From: the human T2T-CHM13v2.0 reference genome, Homo sapiens
NCBI RefSeq assembly: GCF_009914755.1
Contig: NC_060938.1
Length of the DNA stretch: 64,000 nt
Strand: one strand, 5' to 3'
Position 1 is the stretch's first letter; each line of letters opens with the position of its first letter. Both the position numbers and the translations under genes were made by a program. The notes under the pieces are model-generated. The model searched no databases, had not been told where the DNA came from, and was given only the letters and a program-made list of their open reading frames with translations. Shown piece by piece: positions 1 through 23,030 of the stretch.

Positions 1-31
1 AGCTTATAAGATTATGTTTAAAAATACATAG

Positions 32-750
<719 letters not shown>

Positions 751-1008
751 AAAAATACATAGGACAGAAAGACTGGTAAATAGACATTAACAATCTTTGG
801 GTAGTGAGCTGTGAGTCATTTGTTCTTTCATTTTTCAAGTTTTCAAATATGAGCTACTTTATGATGGATGAAAATGGATGTTGGGCATATTCTTCAGCTA
901 ATCAGAAAATATTTATTAACGAAAAAATATATTTATGACCCATCCAATGTGTGTAGAGCCAGCATATATGTTTTCTTAGTCTTGATAGTTACATAAGAAA
1001 ATATTGGG

Positions 1009-1347
<339 letters not shown>

Positions 1348-1514
1348 TTAAAATCCTGCAGCTGTGATACCTACCATGTGCCTTACACATAGAGAGGTCT
1401 AGGAAATAACTGCTTGAGCACAGAAACCATTATTCCTAGCTTTGAAGGAAAGAACTATATTTTACTAGTTGTAAATCTTTGAGTTTGGTGTCCTCAAGGT
1501 AATTACCTGCTTGA

Positions 1515-2160
<646 letters not shown>

Positions 2161-2300
2161 CATTCTATGTCTTAATTATAGAACTAATAATTAGGGATAA
2201 AAAAGCCAACTACTCCTTACTGAAATAAGATTAGCAATGGAGTGGACAAAAATTCAATATCAGTCCAAAGCAATAAACAGTAATATTTTTAAAATTCAGC

Positions 2301-2625
2301 TGGCCAGGCACAGTGGCTCACGCCTGTAATCCCAACACTTTGGGAGCCGAGGCGGTTGGATCACAAGGTCAGGAGTTCCAGACCAGCCTGGCCATTATGG
2401 TGAAACCCCGTCTCTGCTAAAAATACAAAAATTAGCCAGGCATGATGGCGTGTGCCTGTAGTCCCACCTACTCTGGAAGTGCCACCACTTCTGTGGCAGA
2501 AGACTTGTTTGAACCCAGGAGGTGGAGGTTGCAGTGAACTGAGATCGCGCCACTGCCCTCCAGCCTGGGCAACAGAGCAAGACTTCGTCTCAAAAATAAA
2601 AAATAAATAAATAAAAAATAAAAAA
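2301..2625 (+). mobile_element. AluS with a small internal palindromic insertion
   Basis: Full dimer; TSD AAAAATTCAGC. Confidence 0.9.
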
Positions 2626-3496
2626 ATTCAGCCCTCGATAATTCATTATTAGATCATCAGAGTCAACGTGTATATTGGATATAACAGGTACGAATGTAAT
2701 ATTTGATAGCTGATTAAATAAATGAATTCATTTTATTGATGATAGGACTTTAAGTAATGTCCTGAAAATCTACAGAGGAGGAACTTATGAGTAAAGAGAA
2801 GCTAGACTAAAATAAATACCTTTTCCAACCAAGACCCAAGAAAATAAAGGATTTCTGCAAGACCTTTCAACTTGTGATTTTTGTGGGCCCACCAATTCTC
2901 ATAAAGATCTTTTATATTTCTGATACATGATTATATAATACAAGTTATAATTTTTTCAGCTTTTGTTTTACTTAGTAATATCCATTTATAGCTTAGTTTA
3001 ATAGGTGGTACATAAAAGTAATTTATGTACTTTTCCTTATGAAAAATTGAGTATAGGCAAGCTCACCAAAGTACTAGACTTCTAAAACCCAAGTCTAGAC
3101 CTTTGAGGAGTTCATGTGCACACAATGAAGTGGAGGCCAGTGGGAAGTGGAGAGAATGGGGATAAAGTAACTGACTGGAAAGTAGGCTACAGGGTAGAAA
3201 TCGACAGATCTTTAGTAGAAAAGGGGATTTCAATGAAAGGAGGCAGTATTAGCAATAAAGTCATAACATAGAAAAGTCACTGTCTAGTCTAATCATTTAC
3301 AAACTTAAAAAGAAGTAGAAGCTTTTATTCAAATCAAAACTTATGTAGAATACCAATATGATAAATATATAAAGGTTGAGCCGTTTGGGTCGAAACAAGG
3401 TTTGACATGTATAGGAAACAAAATCCCATCCCTCTTGAGCCTCTCTATCTCTATCCTAGTGGGCCCTAGAGAGCACAGTTTAAAACAGCTGAACTA

Positions 3497-4100
<604 letters not shown>

Positions 4101-4329
4101 AAACCCCCCCCTGCAATGTAGCCTGACCAGCAGGCAGATGTTAGACATTAATGTGTAATAGGGAAGCATTTTCCTCAGGCTTTCAAAGATGGGAAATTAT
4201 TGTGGATTGTTTTCTTACCCCCTACCAGAAAAGAGTGCTTCACCATTGAGGTGGCCTGCTGGAAAAATCACTCCACTAATTTGAGAGTCTTCCCTTGAAC
4301 TTTTGTGGTTCTGGCTTTGTGTTTTTTAG

Positions 4330-4478
4330 CTCTTGAATGTCGTCTCTCAACTAGCCAAACGGAATCTGCGACTGCTGGTCCTAGGCCGGAAGCACATGCT
4401 AAGACGGAGTTCCCAGTGGAGTCGGGATGAGATGGAAGAGGTGCAAAAGCAAGCCAGCTGTTTTTTTGCTGATGACAT
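4330..4478 (+). CDS. PRORP: PRORP coding exon (third from last), [24 protein letters not shown]...ASCFFADD(I); NYN metallonuclease domain
   Basis: tttttag| acceptor and |gtaagt donor; 149 nt, phase 0 to 2. Translation matches human MRPP3 residues ~426-475 and splices in frame to 8005. Confidence 0.96.
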
Positions 4479-4779
4479 GTAAGTGTTGGAGGTAATAGGT
4501 GAATTATACTGTGCTGCAGACATCTATCTGCTTGTTAGTTACCTACTTTAAACCTATCTTTTAAATGCATGTGTATGTGTATACTCACCCTCATTAAAAA
4601 AAAAAAAAGATTTGAGACAACTTACAAAACTACGGTTTCTTCTAAAAAAGAAAAACACTACAGTTTCTACGGCAGGATAAACTTAAACAGATGAGGAAAT
4701 CAGGATAAAGGAGAAGTGGAGGGAAGTTAAGTCAGGAGTGAGATTAGTACACCGAATACATGCCATAAGATCCTAAGTA

Positions 4780-6014
<1,235 letters not shown>

Positions 6015-6073
6015 TTAGGAGGAGTACAGATCCGCAACAGCACATATGAACTCAATGCACTGTTGTGCATTGA

Positions 6074-6497
<424 letters not shown>

Positions 6498-6649
6498 CCC
6501 AAATCATTTATTATTTAAAAAGTACAGTAGCTCTCAATCATAAAGCAAGGGAGAAGCAAACCTCTCATCCAGTTCCCAAACCACATCCCTTCTTTTTTTA
6601 GCTGGAAGATGGTGCTTCCATTTCTCCAAGAGCAGAAGACCTAATGGCA

Positions 6650-6900
6650 ACATTGGGTAGACAGTAAGATTGTAGGCTTGGGAATTAGTTTACCCAGGTT
6701 GAGATCATGGCCCTGCCACTCCCTGTCTGGGAAAGGTTTTTCCTTTCTCTCTGTCTTCCTTATCTCTTGTGTAACTTTTATGGGGTTGTTTTAAGGATTA
6801 AATAAGATAATATGTGTAAATAACTCATGTAAAACTCTTGGCATAGCACCAAGTACATGGAAAACATATATGTTAGTTGCTGTCATGATCATTATTATTT
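6650..6900 (+). mobile_element. MIR
   Basis: MIR core-like 'gggttgttttaaggattaaataagataatatgtgtaaa...cttggcatag'. Confidence 0.7.
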
Positions 6901-8004
6901 TCCTTATATGGAAAAATTAGATAAATTTGAAGTGTTATGACCAAGAAGCCTGTTGGAAAGTGGTCTCACTGCTTGGTTTGGGGTCTGTATTTATTGCATC
7001 AGCTGAAATTCCAAACTCAGTTGTAACGATCAATTCACTGACCTTCTTTGTCGCTTTGGATTTGAATATTTAAGTGTTTAACATTAAATCTGTTTTCCAC
7101 TAATGTGCCAAAGAAGCTTTTCAAACATACACTAGAGAGAATAATATAGTGAATAGTGAGTCCTCATGTAACTGTCACCCGGCTCCAACAATTACCATCA
7201 TTTTGCTAATTTTGTTCCATAAACCGAATACATTTTTTCTTTTTCTTTTTTTTCTGGAGAGTTATAAGGCAAATTTTGTCATTTTATCATTTCACTTGAA
7301 ATACTTCAGGATAAAGAAAACTTTAAATGGTCCTATTTAGGGTCATTTGAATCAAGGCATAGGGCATATCACAAGTTGCTGTCTGAATCTCCTAAAGCAA
7401 GGTCGTTACTGCCATTTTTACAGCACATTTATTAAAATAATAAGTGCTAAGGTTGATGGTCTGTTGGAGGCTTTGAGTCACTGGCTCTTACCAAAGAAGA
7501 TGTTTTGGGGTGCTGATCCAGGTGACTGTCTAGAAGCTGCTCTGAAATACCAGTTCAGCTTTAGGGGCAGCCAGTTATTTGGTGGCTTGCAAGAAAGTCT
7601 CATCCTGCCCTAGTAGTATTTTGGGTGTTTCTTGAATTTGGGTGAAGAGAGAGGGAAAAGGTGTGCTCTGTGATAGATAAGGCAAATAGGAAAAATGCCC
7701 AAAGAGAAGCAACTTTTAAGTGTGAAGAGAGCATTGTTAGAATTCATCGTTCTAGTGGAAGAGTCCAGTGAGCTGTGAGAATCCCAGGCATTAGCATTCT
7801 GTTCCCCTCAGCTTTCCATCTGTGTTCTAGATAGTATTGCTTACCAGCTAAGGACTTTGAGGTGGTTCTTAAGTATTACTAGCATCATGTTGGTCAAGAA
7901 ATCAGAGGCACCTCCAAGGAAAGTAAGTAAAAAGTACGGTGAAAAACACTGTCCTCTGCCTCTTCAGCTGTGCTTGATTGTGTCCTTTCTTATGCCTGGT
8001 TCAG

Positions 8005-8200
8005 CTCGGAGGATGATCCATTCCTTCTGTATGCCACACTGCACTCCGGGAATCACTGCAGGTTTATCACAAGAGACCTGATGCGGGACCACAAGGCCTG
8101 TCTGCCTGATGCCAAGACCCAACGCCTGTTTTTTAAGTGGCAGCAGGGACATCAGCTGGCAATTGTAAATAGGTTTCCAGGATCAAAACTAACCTTTCAG
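8005..8200 (+). CDS. PRORP: PRORP penultimate exon, (I)[30 protein letters not shown]...SKLTFQ, with catalytic Asp478/479/499
   Basis: ttcag| acceptor and CAG|gtaatg donor; 196 nt, phase 2 to 0; contained in track ORF 7970-8251. Confidence 0.97.
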
Positions 8201-8405
8201 GTAATGGTACCTGTTCTTTATGTAATATTAACAGAGTCAAGTATACAGTAAGAATGTGGCATAGAAAAAGAGTGTCACAACTAATTGAAGGTTGCAAATG
8301 CTTTATTTTTCTCAGTTTTAGGTTAGTATTTGGAACTAGCCAGGTCCTAGAAAGAGTCTGCTAGAGTTTTCATAGGCCAACCTCAAATTAATTAAAACAC
8401 TTAGG

Positions 8406-9060
<655 letters not shown>

Positions 9061-9347
9061 ATAAATTATAACTTCTTACATGTGTTTTTTATTTTTGTTT
9101 ATTTGCAATAGCTCAAATTCTTTATTTCTTATAGTTTGTTATACTTCTGCTAAGTAATTTGTTTTCCCTGTTTAATTCATTTCTATGACAGTCTCAATTG
9201 AATTCTCCTTTGATTCTAGTTAAGATATCTATAATATAAGGACACATCTTGTGTGAAAGCAAAGGGAGAGAATCCAAAGTGAGTTATTACAGAAAAGTAC
9301 ACTGGCCCGTGGTATAATAAATAAGGTTCAATTATCAAAAAATATTG

Positions 9348-10370
9348 GCTGGGCGTGATGGCTCACACCTGTAATCTCAACACTTTGGGAGGCCAAGGCA
9401 GGTGGATCACTTGAGGGCAGGAGTTGAAGACCAGCCTAGCCAACATAGCGAAAACCTCATCTCTACTAAAAATACAAAAATTAGCCAGGCGTGGTGGCGT
9501 GTGCCTATAATCCCAGCTACGTGGGAGGCTAAGGTACAAGAATCGCTTGAACCTGGGAGGCAAAGGTTTCAGTGAGCCAAGATTGTGCCACTGCTATCCA
9601 GCCTGGGTGACAGAGCGAGACTCCGTCTCAAAAAAAACAAAAAAAAACAACAAAAAAAAAACGGAGATGTTGGTCAAAGGAGAAAAAATTTCAGTTAGAT
9701 AAGAGGAATACGTTCCATGATGACTGTAGTTAATAATAACAATGTGTTGTATCATTGAAAATTGCTAAGAGTAGATTTTAAATGTTCTCACCACAAAAAT
9801 TGTAAGTATATAAGGTAATGCTCATGTTAATGAGCTCAATTTAGCTATTCTACAATGTATGCATATTTCAAAAACATGCTATACATGATAAATATGTATA
9901 ATTGTTATTCGTCAATTTAAAAATAAGTAAGAAAGGCTGGGTGCAGTGGCTCACTTGTGTAATCCCAGCACTTTGGGAGGCCGAAGCAGGAGGATTGCCT
10001 GAGCCTAGGAGTTTAAGACTAGCCTGGGCAACATGGTAAGACCATGTCTCTATAAAAGTAAGTAAATAAGAATATCCAAAACAATAAATTTATAGTAAAT
10101 GTGGTATTAAATGATACCATAGTGATTCAAGATATAGTTGAAGAACTATTAATTCTTAAGTATAATAAAGGTATAAAGGTATTGATCTTACATTTATAAA
10201 ATAAGACCTTATTTCTTAGAGATACATACTGAAGTATTACAGAAGAAATTACATATCTGAGATGGGAGGGCAGCGTATGGATGAAATAAGACTAGAGATG
10301 AATTGATAATGGCTGAAGCTAGGTGATGAGTACATGAGAGTTCATTATAGCATTTCTCTACTTTTGTTTA
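9348..10370 (+). mobile_element. AluS (9348-9660), L1M 3'-end fragments and an Alu monomer (9935-10055)
   Basis: Alu dimer; L1M 3'UTR-like 'gaaaattgctaagagtagattttaaatgttctcaccacaaaaa'. Confidence 0.75.
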
Positions 10371-10371
10371 C

Positions 10372-10733
10372 ATTTGTCCCTTGGTATCCATGAGGAATTG
10401 GTTTCAGGACCTCTCACAGATACTAAAATCCTCAAATGCTCAAGTCCCTTATATAAAATGGCATAGTATTTGCATATAACCTACACACATCCTCCTGTGT
10501 ACTTTGAATCATCTAGATTATTTATAATACCTAATACAATGTAAATGCTATATAAATAGTTGTTTCTGTATCTTTTAGGGAATAATGCCAAGAAGAAAAA
10601 AAGTCTGTACATGTTCAGAACACAGTTTTTTGTTGTTGTTGTTGTTTTGTTTTGTTTCGTTTTGTTTTCATATATTTTCAATCTGTGGTTGTTTGCCAGG
10701 GATACAGAACCTGCAGTTGTGGAAGGCTGACTG
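10372..10733 (+). mobile_element. MER2 (TcMar-Tigger DNA transposon)
   Basis: 'gctcaagtcccttatataaaatggcatagtatttgcatataaccta...ggaaggctgactg' matches the recalled MER2 consensus. Confidence 0.85.
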
Positions 10734-11038
10734 GATTTGAAATTTTTCACTCTCACACACAAAACTGATAGAGCCAACAAAAGAACGTCTGTATTACATA
10801 AATGTAATGCTTCTACAGAGAGTCTTTAGACTTAAAAATGAGACCCCTCAAAAAAAGGAACTCCTAATATTAGGGCTCATCTTCACAGAGTTTGCTGCTG
10901 TTTGAAAATCCATTATTAAGTGAGATAATCCATTATCAATACTCTTCTGGAGCAAACTTGAGAAGTGTCAGAAAGAGAAATGGCCAAGTAGCCCTTTAGT
11001 GTTGTTCTCAATGTTTTGTTCTCTTTTTAATTCAACAG

Positions 11039-11170
11039 CGTATTCTCAGCTATGACACAGTGGTGCAAACAACTGGAGACTCGTGGCACATACCATATGA
11101 TGAAGACTTGGTAGAAAGATGTTCCTGTGAAGTACCAACCAAATGGCTTTGCCTCCACCAAAAGACATAG
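11039..11170 (+). CDS. PRORP: PRORP last coding exon, [20 protein letters not shown]...KWLCLHQKT*, with Zn ligands His557 and Cys578
   Basis: Pyrimidine tract plus caacag| acceptor; 43 codons then TAG at 11168-11170. Confidence 0.97.
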
Positions 11171-11646
11171 AGATTCTTACCTCTATGCTAAGTTTGTGTT
11201 TGGGTACCCTCTAGGTTGGCATCAGAGGCTCTTGAGCTGGTGTTTGTTTAGGGCATTGCCTCTGTCCTGAAGATAAAAGGATTCTATTAACAGCATTGAC
11301 ATTGATTTTTTAATGAAATGAGATATATCTTTTCATAACCAGCTGCGTTTTTTTCCCCTAACATTTGTTTTTGGAGGCTTATCAAGAGTTGGAGAACTTA
11401 GTGTAGAGCAAAACCTGCATTTCTCCTACTGGGCCAGCTATTCCACTTAGCTTGGGTGACTAATAGTGCTTTTGGTATCCATTTTTTGCTACTTCTGACC
11501 TTGCCTTCCAGGCCTACCAATAGCAGAATCAATCCATCTGTCCCTGAGATACTCATGTTGTTTCAAATGCCTCCTCCCATTTCTGGCATAGTCTCATTCT
11601 CTGTATGTTATGCCCTATCCACATGGAATCATTTATCGTCCTCTGT

Positions 11647-11652
11647 AATAAA
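11647..11652 (+). terminator. PRORP: PRORP proximal polyadenylation signal
   Basis: AATAAA overlapping TGTA (11644-11647), ~480 nt after the stop codon, with a U-rich stretch downstream. Confidence 0.7.
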
Positions 11653-11746
11653 CTGGCCAAGATACTAAAGGCTTACTATTCATAGCAGTTTTTAATTACT
11701 TATCATCCAATTATTTGGATTGGAGAAGAGGGGGCATTCACTCCTC

Positions 11747-12301
11747 TTTTTCTTATTTTTTTTGGAAATAGAGTCTCAACTTACTCTGTCGCCAGGGCTG
11801 GAGTGCAGTGACGTGATCACAGTTCACTGCAGCCTCAAACTCCCAGGCTCAAGCAATCTTCCTACCTCAGCCCTCCTGAGTAATTGGGACTACAGGCATG
11901 TATCACCAGGCTTGGCTAATTTTTTTTTTTTTTTTTGTAGAGATGGCTGTCTCACTCTGTTGACAAGACTAGTCTCCAACCCCTGGCCTCAGTCGATCCC
12001 CAGCAATTTGGGAGATTGAAGCGAGAGAATCACTTGAGTCTAGGAGTTCAAGACCAGCCTAGGCAACATAGTAAGATCTCATTTCTACAAAAAATTTAAA
12101 AATTAGCCAGGCATGGTAGTTTGCACACATAGTCCCAGCTACTTTGGGGGCTGAGGTAGGAGGATTGCTTGAGCCTCAGAGGTCAAGGCTGCAATGAGCC
12201 AACGTTGCACCACTGCACTCTAGCCTGGGTGACAGAGCGAGACCTTGTCTCAAAACAAAACAAAGTGCTGGAATTGCAGACTTGAGCCACAGTGCCCAGC
12301 C
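11747..12301. mobile_element. Antisense AluJ (11747-11995 and 12261-12301) interrupted by a 5'-truncated sense AluJ (11996-12260)
   Basis: Direct head-to-head junction at ATCCC; the host resumes with CAAAGTGCTGG at 12261. Confidence 0.85.
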
Positions 12302-13282
12302 TCACTTCTCTAGACTATGATGGTTTTTTCTTCATTCTATAATCTCTTTTCCAAATTGGTTCAACATTTTGTGAACACTATTAATTTCATCATTCAGTAT
12401 ATGTGGGCTTTCTAAAATATGCCAATTTTTTTCCACTTAATCAAGTTTGACTTAATTTAACAAAGTGATTATATTTTAATAGTTACATTTCTGTTTTTTC
12501 CACTCACTAGCCAGCTTACAGTTTATTAGCCCTTGATTTCAGCTGAAAATATTCATGTCTGCACCCCTTCATGATAGTTCTTTCTTTACGTATACATACT
12601 GTATTCAATATGCAAGAACAGGCAAAAACTACTCTATTGTGATAAAAATCAGAATAGTAATTGCCTGAGGAAAGGGATATGAGAGAACTTGAGAGAACTT
12701 TCTCGGGGTGATGGAAAGTTTCTTATATTGATTTGGGTAATAGTAACATAGCTATATGTATATATTAGTTAAAATTCCTCACACTAAACATTTTAAATTG
12801 ATATATTTACATTTATGACAATATACCTCAAAGTAAGTTAGGGTAAGAAAAGATAATTACTTACATGAAATAAACAATGACCTCTTTTATATCAAACCAT
12901 ATACATGTGTATAATTAGGGTATGTATTATGCACAGAGAAACAATTTAGGAAAATCCAAGGAGGGGACGTTTTATCTTCTTACCTATTTACTGAATGCAA
13001 CATTACTGCACACCAAGACAAAAGAGCTCTCCAGGAAAACATTGGATATATTGAGAGCATTAAAAGATACTGCAAAAGCTCTAATAAATTCAGTCTGCTT
13101 ATTTTCCAAATTTCATAAACTACATACTTAGGAAACTGTGCTTTCAGTGAGCTAAACTTCTTTTTTTAAGTAACTATCATAGTTTTAAGAAAAACATTTT
13201 AAGAAGACAAAAAGTATTTATTAAGCCCATCTAAAAGGCTAATGCAAATTCCCAAAAAAGGAGCACATAGAGATAGAGGAGG

Positions 13283-14951
<1,669 letters not shown>

Positions 14952-15192
14952 TAGTCCAGCAGCCCTACAGGAGGCAGGAGGGGAGCAAGAATAAGAAAGG
15001 AAATTTGTAAAAGGCACTTAGGAGTGAGCAGAAAGGAAATAGGACCAGCTTTTACCTGCCCAGTCCTGGCCAGTGACAAGCAGTCTGCTTGAGTCTGTGC
15101 TAAATAAACAAAGGAAGTTCCATTTAGAGCTCTACAGAGGGGAAGCCATAGAAATTAACAGGATGAAAATACAAGAGACAGGAACACAGATG

Positions 15193-15207
15193 AATAAATG
15201 TAATAAA
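15193..15207 (+). terminator. PRORP: PRORP distal polyadenylation signals (long 3'UTR)
   Basis: Tandem AATAAA (15193-15198 and 15202-15207) around TGTA, followed by U-rich (15221-15253) and GU-rich (15283-15312) elements. Confidence 0.65.
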
Positions 15208-15821
15208 ATTTGAGAAATAATCTTTACTTTTATCATCTCCATTTATGCTTTTTCATGATGTCCTGACGTTCCCTCTCCCCAAGTTTAGTTTTTTGTTTTT
15301 GTGGGTTTTTTTGGCATTATTTGATCTGACGAGTGCTTCCAGAGGTTCTACTACATACACAACTTGCTTTTAACTGGTAATGGAAATAAACAGGAAGACA
15401 ATTATCTAGTCACTGATGGCAGCTAAAAATTATTTTGCTACCAGAGTGCCCTCAGAAGTATACTCTTATCTAATGGATCGAGTTATTATGATAACTGTGG
15501 TAATTTGTTGTTATAAATAGCAGTAACATAGGAAGGTTTTGGTAACTTCTGACAAGAAATTTGATGTAGAGAGTTAATTTCGAGCACATTAAAATGACTG
15601 TCCCACTCATCTCTTCAGTGCTATTTAAAAGCCAGCCCAAGAAGCAAATACTTGAGAAATCAATAGTAAGGGCTTTAATTTTGAATATGATAGACATTAA
15701 TTCATTTTAATGAGACCAGGTCAGATTGCCTCATCACTCTCAGATGGACTAGAACATTATATAGATACCAAGTTCAGTTCACATCTAAATATTTAAAGTC
15801 TACTATTAAAAGAGGTTTCCT

Positions 15822-16322
<501 letters not shown>

Positions 16323-16649
16323 GTAAGTCCCTCACTCAGACTTGTTGCTTGAGATGTACTATATTACTGATTCTTTGAAAATAAATCATTCTTATATTTT
16401 ATTCCTCTTTACAATGACCTTGCTCTAGAATCCCAAGTTGCTTTTTTTTCTATCCTGTGTTCCATGGCTGAGCAGTCTATTGCTATTAAGTTGTTGTACG
16501 TATATATTTTTCTATGCATATATACTCATTTTTTGTTTTTCTATACATATATACTTATTCTCTAGGAACTCTTTCGTAACATGTTTTTTTCACCTGACAG
16601 AAAATGAAAAATTTTCCCTGTTCTTACAGTCACTTCTTCCTCATGTATT

Positions 16650-16950
<301 letters not shown>

Positions 16951-17446
16951 TCATGTATTCTAATAATTAATAATGTAAATTCATAAAAAGGGGCAGCCAG
17001 CTTAAACTACAGCATTGCTGGACACCATAAAATAGTATTTGCATAGCTGTATACTCACAAACTGCTACTCAAGGCTTGCTTTGTTCAGAAGGAAATCTGT
17101 GTTCACAGAAGCTGAACCCTGATAATAGCTGTTGGCTCAAATTAAGGGTCACGTCCTTTGGCACTTAGCGCTATTCTGGCAGGAGTGGTCAAATCCTTGA
17201 TGTAATGGGTCTTTTCTAAGTCAGGCCCTCTGATCTCCAACTCCTAAAGAAATAAACTCTGGTCAGGCCATGTTTTTGAAGAGAACGTCTAAGGAACAAT
17301 TGCTGCTTTACACAGATAAAGAGCTTTTTACTGCTTAAAGCAAATCATGTAACTCTTTGTTCATCAACACACCAAGGGAAGTTTCTGTGAGGAAATCAGT
17401 ATTGAATAGTTTGTACTTTATACATGTTATAAGAATGTACTTTTCG

Positions 17447-18500
<1,054 letters not shown>

Positions 18501-19029
18501 TGTGACTTTTGGCTCCCTATGAGATGGCCAACCTTTTTGATTAGTTTCAGGATTTTAAACTTTCAAGTTCCTCATTTTGTCCACAACCTCCTTACCTGCC
18601 CCACTCCTTTAACCCAACCACCACTGGGTTAAACCACCATTGACCTGTTCTTAGACCTATCCCTTCCTCACCCAGGAAGCCTCTATTGACCTTTCCCATC
18701 TGACTTTGCTTGCCTTTCTCCCTACCCTGCCTCTCAAAGCATTCATGGGAGGGATGGCTTCAATAGCAGTGCAAATTCTTTCATACTTTTTACCTCCTTT
18801 GGTCTCCATCTTTTCAGTTCTAAACCTTATTTTGAGTAGCCACAAACCATTCCACTTTCTCCACTCCTGTATACCATAGTATTGCTAGAAAAGTCATGAA
18901 ATTCCCATTAATTTCCTGAAAGAGCTCTCCCAACCTTTGCAGTCTTAACTCTGCAAAGGTAAGTTGCAAGCAGCTAATCTCCTGGAGCCTTCATTTCCTT
19001 TTCTGTTAAGTGGGGAAGATGGGCCATCA

Positions 19030-19152
19030 CAGTGCTTCTCAAACTTAATAGGCATAGAATCACCTGGGGATCCCACTCAAAATGCCAGTTCTGATTCAGG
19101 TCTGACATACCCCGTGATGCCAATGCTGCAGACTGTAATTTGAGAAGTAAGG
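19030..19152. mobile_element. MER5-type hAT-Charlie remnant next to a MIR fragment
   Basis: 'cagtgcttctcaaactt...agaatcacctgggga...gtgatgccaatgctgc...tttgagaag'. Confidence 0.65.
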
Positions 19153-19844
19153 GCCTCAGTGAGCTCCACAATTATATAAAAAATAGTAACAAAACAACAC
19201 CTGTGAGTCCAAGTCCTGAGTCAGTCTCATCATTCTCACACTCAGCAGACTTAACTGGAAACTAAAAGCCATCTGTTATGAACCTCTTCATCAATGTTTG
19301 CCTTTTCCAATAATTTTCCTCTCCTGAATCTTTTCTCCCTTTTCTTCCCTAGGTTACTTAAAAAGAAATTTTTTTTTAAATTATAAAATAGAGACAGGAT
19401 CAGGTTGGTCTTGAACTCTTTGCCTCTATCAGTCCTCTTGCCTTGGCCTCTCAAGGTGCTAGGATTACAGGCATCAGCCACTACTCCTGGCCCTAGGTTA
19501 CTTTTTCTACCTACATCCACGCTGTTCCTTCTTTCTGAATTGGGATCTTGTTCTCAGTTAATCCCTTTCCTCCAGCTCTTTCCCATTTACTTACAAATAC
19601 CTTTAGGCTCTGACTGGACAAAACTGTGCTTTCCCAGGGATAGTTTCATAGCAACATTCTCAAAAGAAGGCACCATCTCTGCCATTGGTTTCTTTCCAAT
19701 TCCACATTTGCAGCTGACCAACTTCACCTGAGACACTCAAACTGAACCACTTTGAAAACAGCTTATTCATAATAGTGTAATTGACAATAATGAAATTGGA
19801 AGTAACTATTCAAAATAAGGGAAGAAGTAAATAACTGTAATTTA

Positions 19845-21474
<1,630 letters not shown>

Positions 21475-22627
21475 CTTTACAAATTTTTTGCAGATAATCT
21501 CTTCTTTCCATTCCTATTGCTGCTTACCCCAGTTCAGGCCTTCAAAAACTTTCACTTGGTCTATTATCAATAGCCTCCTGGCTGATGTCCCCAATGACAG
21601 TTCCTCATAAATACAGCTACAAGGTTTATCTTCCCAAAGCATAATTCTAGTCTTGCCACTCTCCTTGCTCAAAAACATTAAATGTCTCCCCGTAGCCTTC
21701 CAACTAGATAGAGCATAAATTCCTTAGCTTAGTATCCAAGGCCAGCTCCTTTCATTTGTACCCTAATCCAAAACATTTTTTGAGTCATACTTAGGTTAGG
21801 CTATTGCCTAGCTTGCCCTAAACACAGGATCTTTTTTCTTCCTCTGCTTGTTTATGCCACTCCCATTCCATGTTGCATTGTGGTGCCTCCCATATTGCTC
21901 CTAACATTGCTCTTAACACACCTGTTAAGAGTTCTCCCTGTTCTAAGCTGAGCTTGGACATGCATCTTCCAACAGGTAGTCTTACATTCCCTTTGGCCCG
22001 TGAGCATATAAGGTCATTTTCTCATCTGTGCTGCTCTGTTACACATTTCCTTGTGTATTACGGACTACCTCATGTTAGCTTTGCTTTCATTCATGTTTCA
22101 TCTCCATGGAACTCTGGTGGGGACGCTGTCGGGTTCATCTGTGTGTCTCCCAGAGCAGCTAGCCCAGCTTCTTGCCCAAAGAGGGAGCTCAGTAAATGTT
22201 GAATTACTTTGGAGAATTTGTTTGAAAATATCTTCCTGATTTTTACCTCTAATGCCTACTTCTCCTTTAAGTGAATACCCCTCTTGCTCCTTGGTCTTTT
22301 GTGTGTGAGCTGGCTAAGTGGGAACTTAATCTGTGGTGTCTGATGCCTCACTGATCCTCAAAAAAACAGTAACTTCTCAGTGCCATCCTCTATAATCATA
22401 TGATATCTTCAGTGAATTAAAGGTTTATTCATTAGACATCTACTCTGTACTTGGTACTGTGGTAACTGGGATAAAACTTGCTATGTACTTGTAAGACATC
22501 ATCCCAGAGTTTTTAATCTTTGGAATGTTTCAGTGCCTAAATCTGCTGTCTGTGGTTGATTTTTGGAACTTGCCTTTGTTTCACCATTATGGATGAAATA
22601 CATTTAGAGTGAAGTTTGAGGATCTCA

Positions 22628-23030
<403 letters not shown>

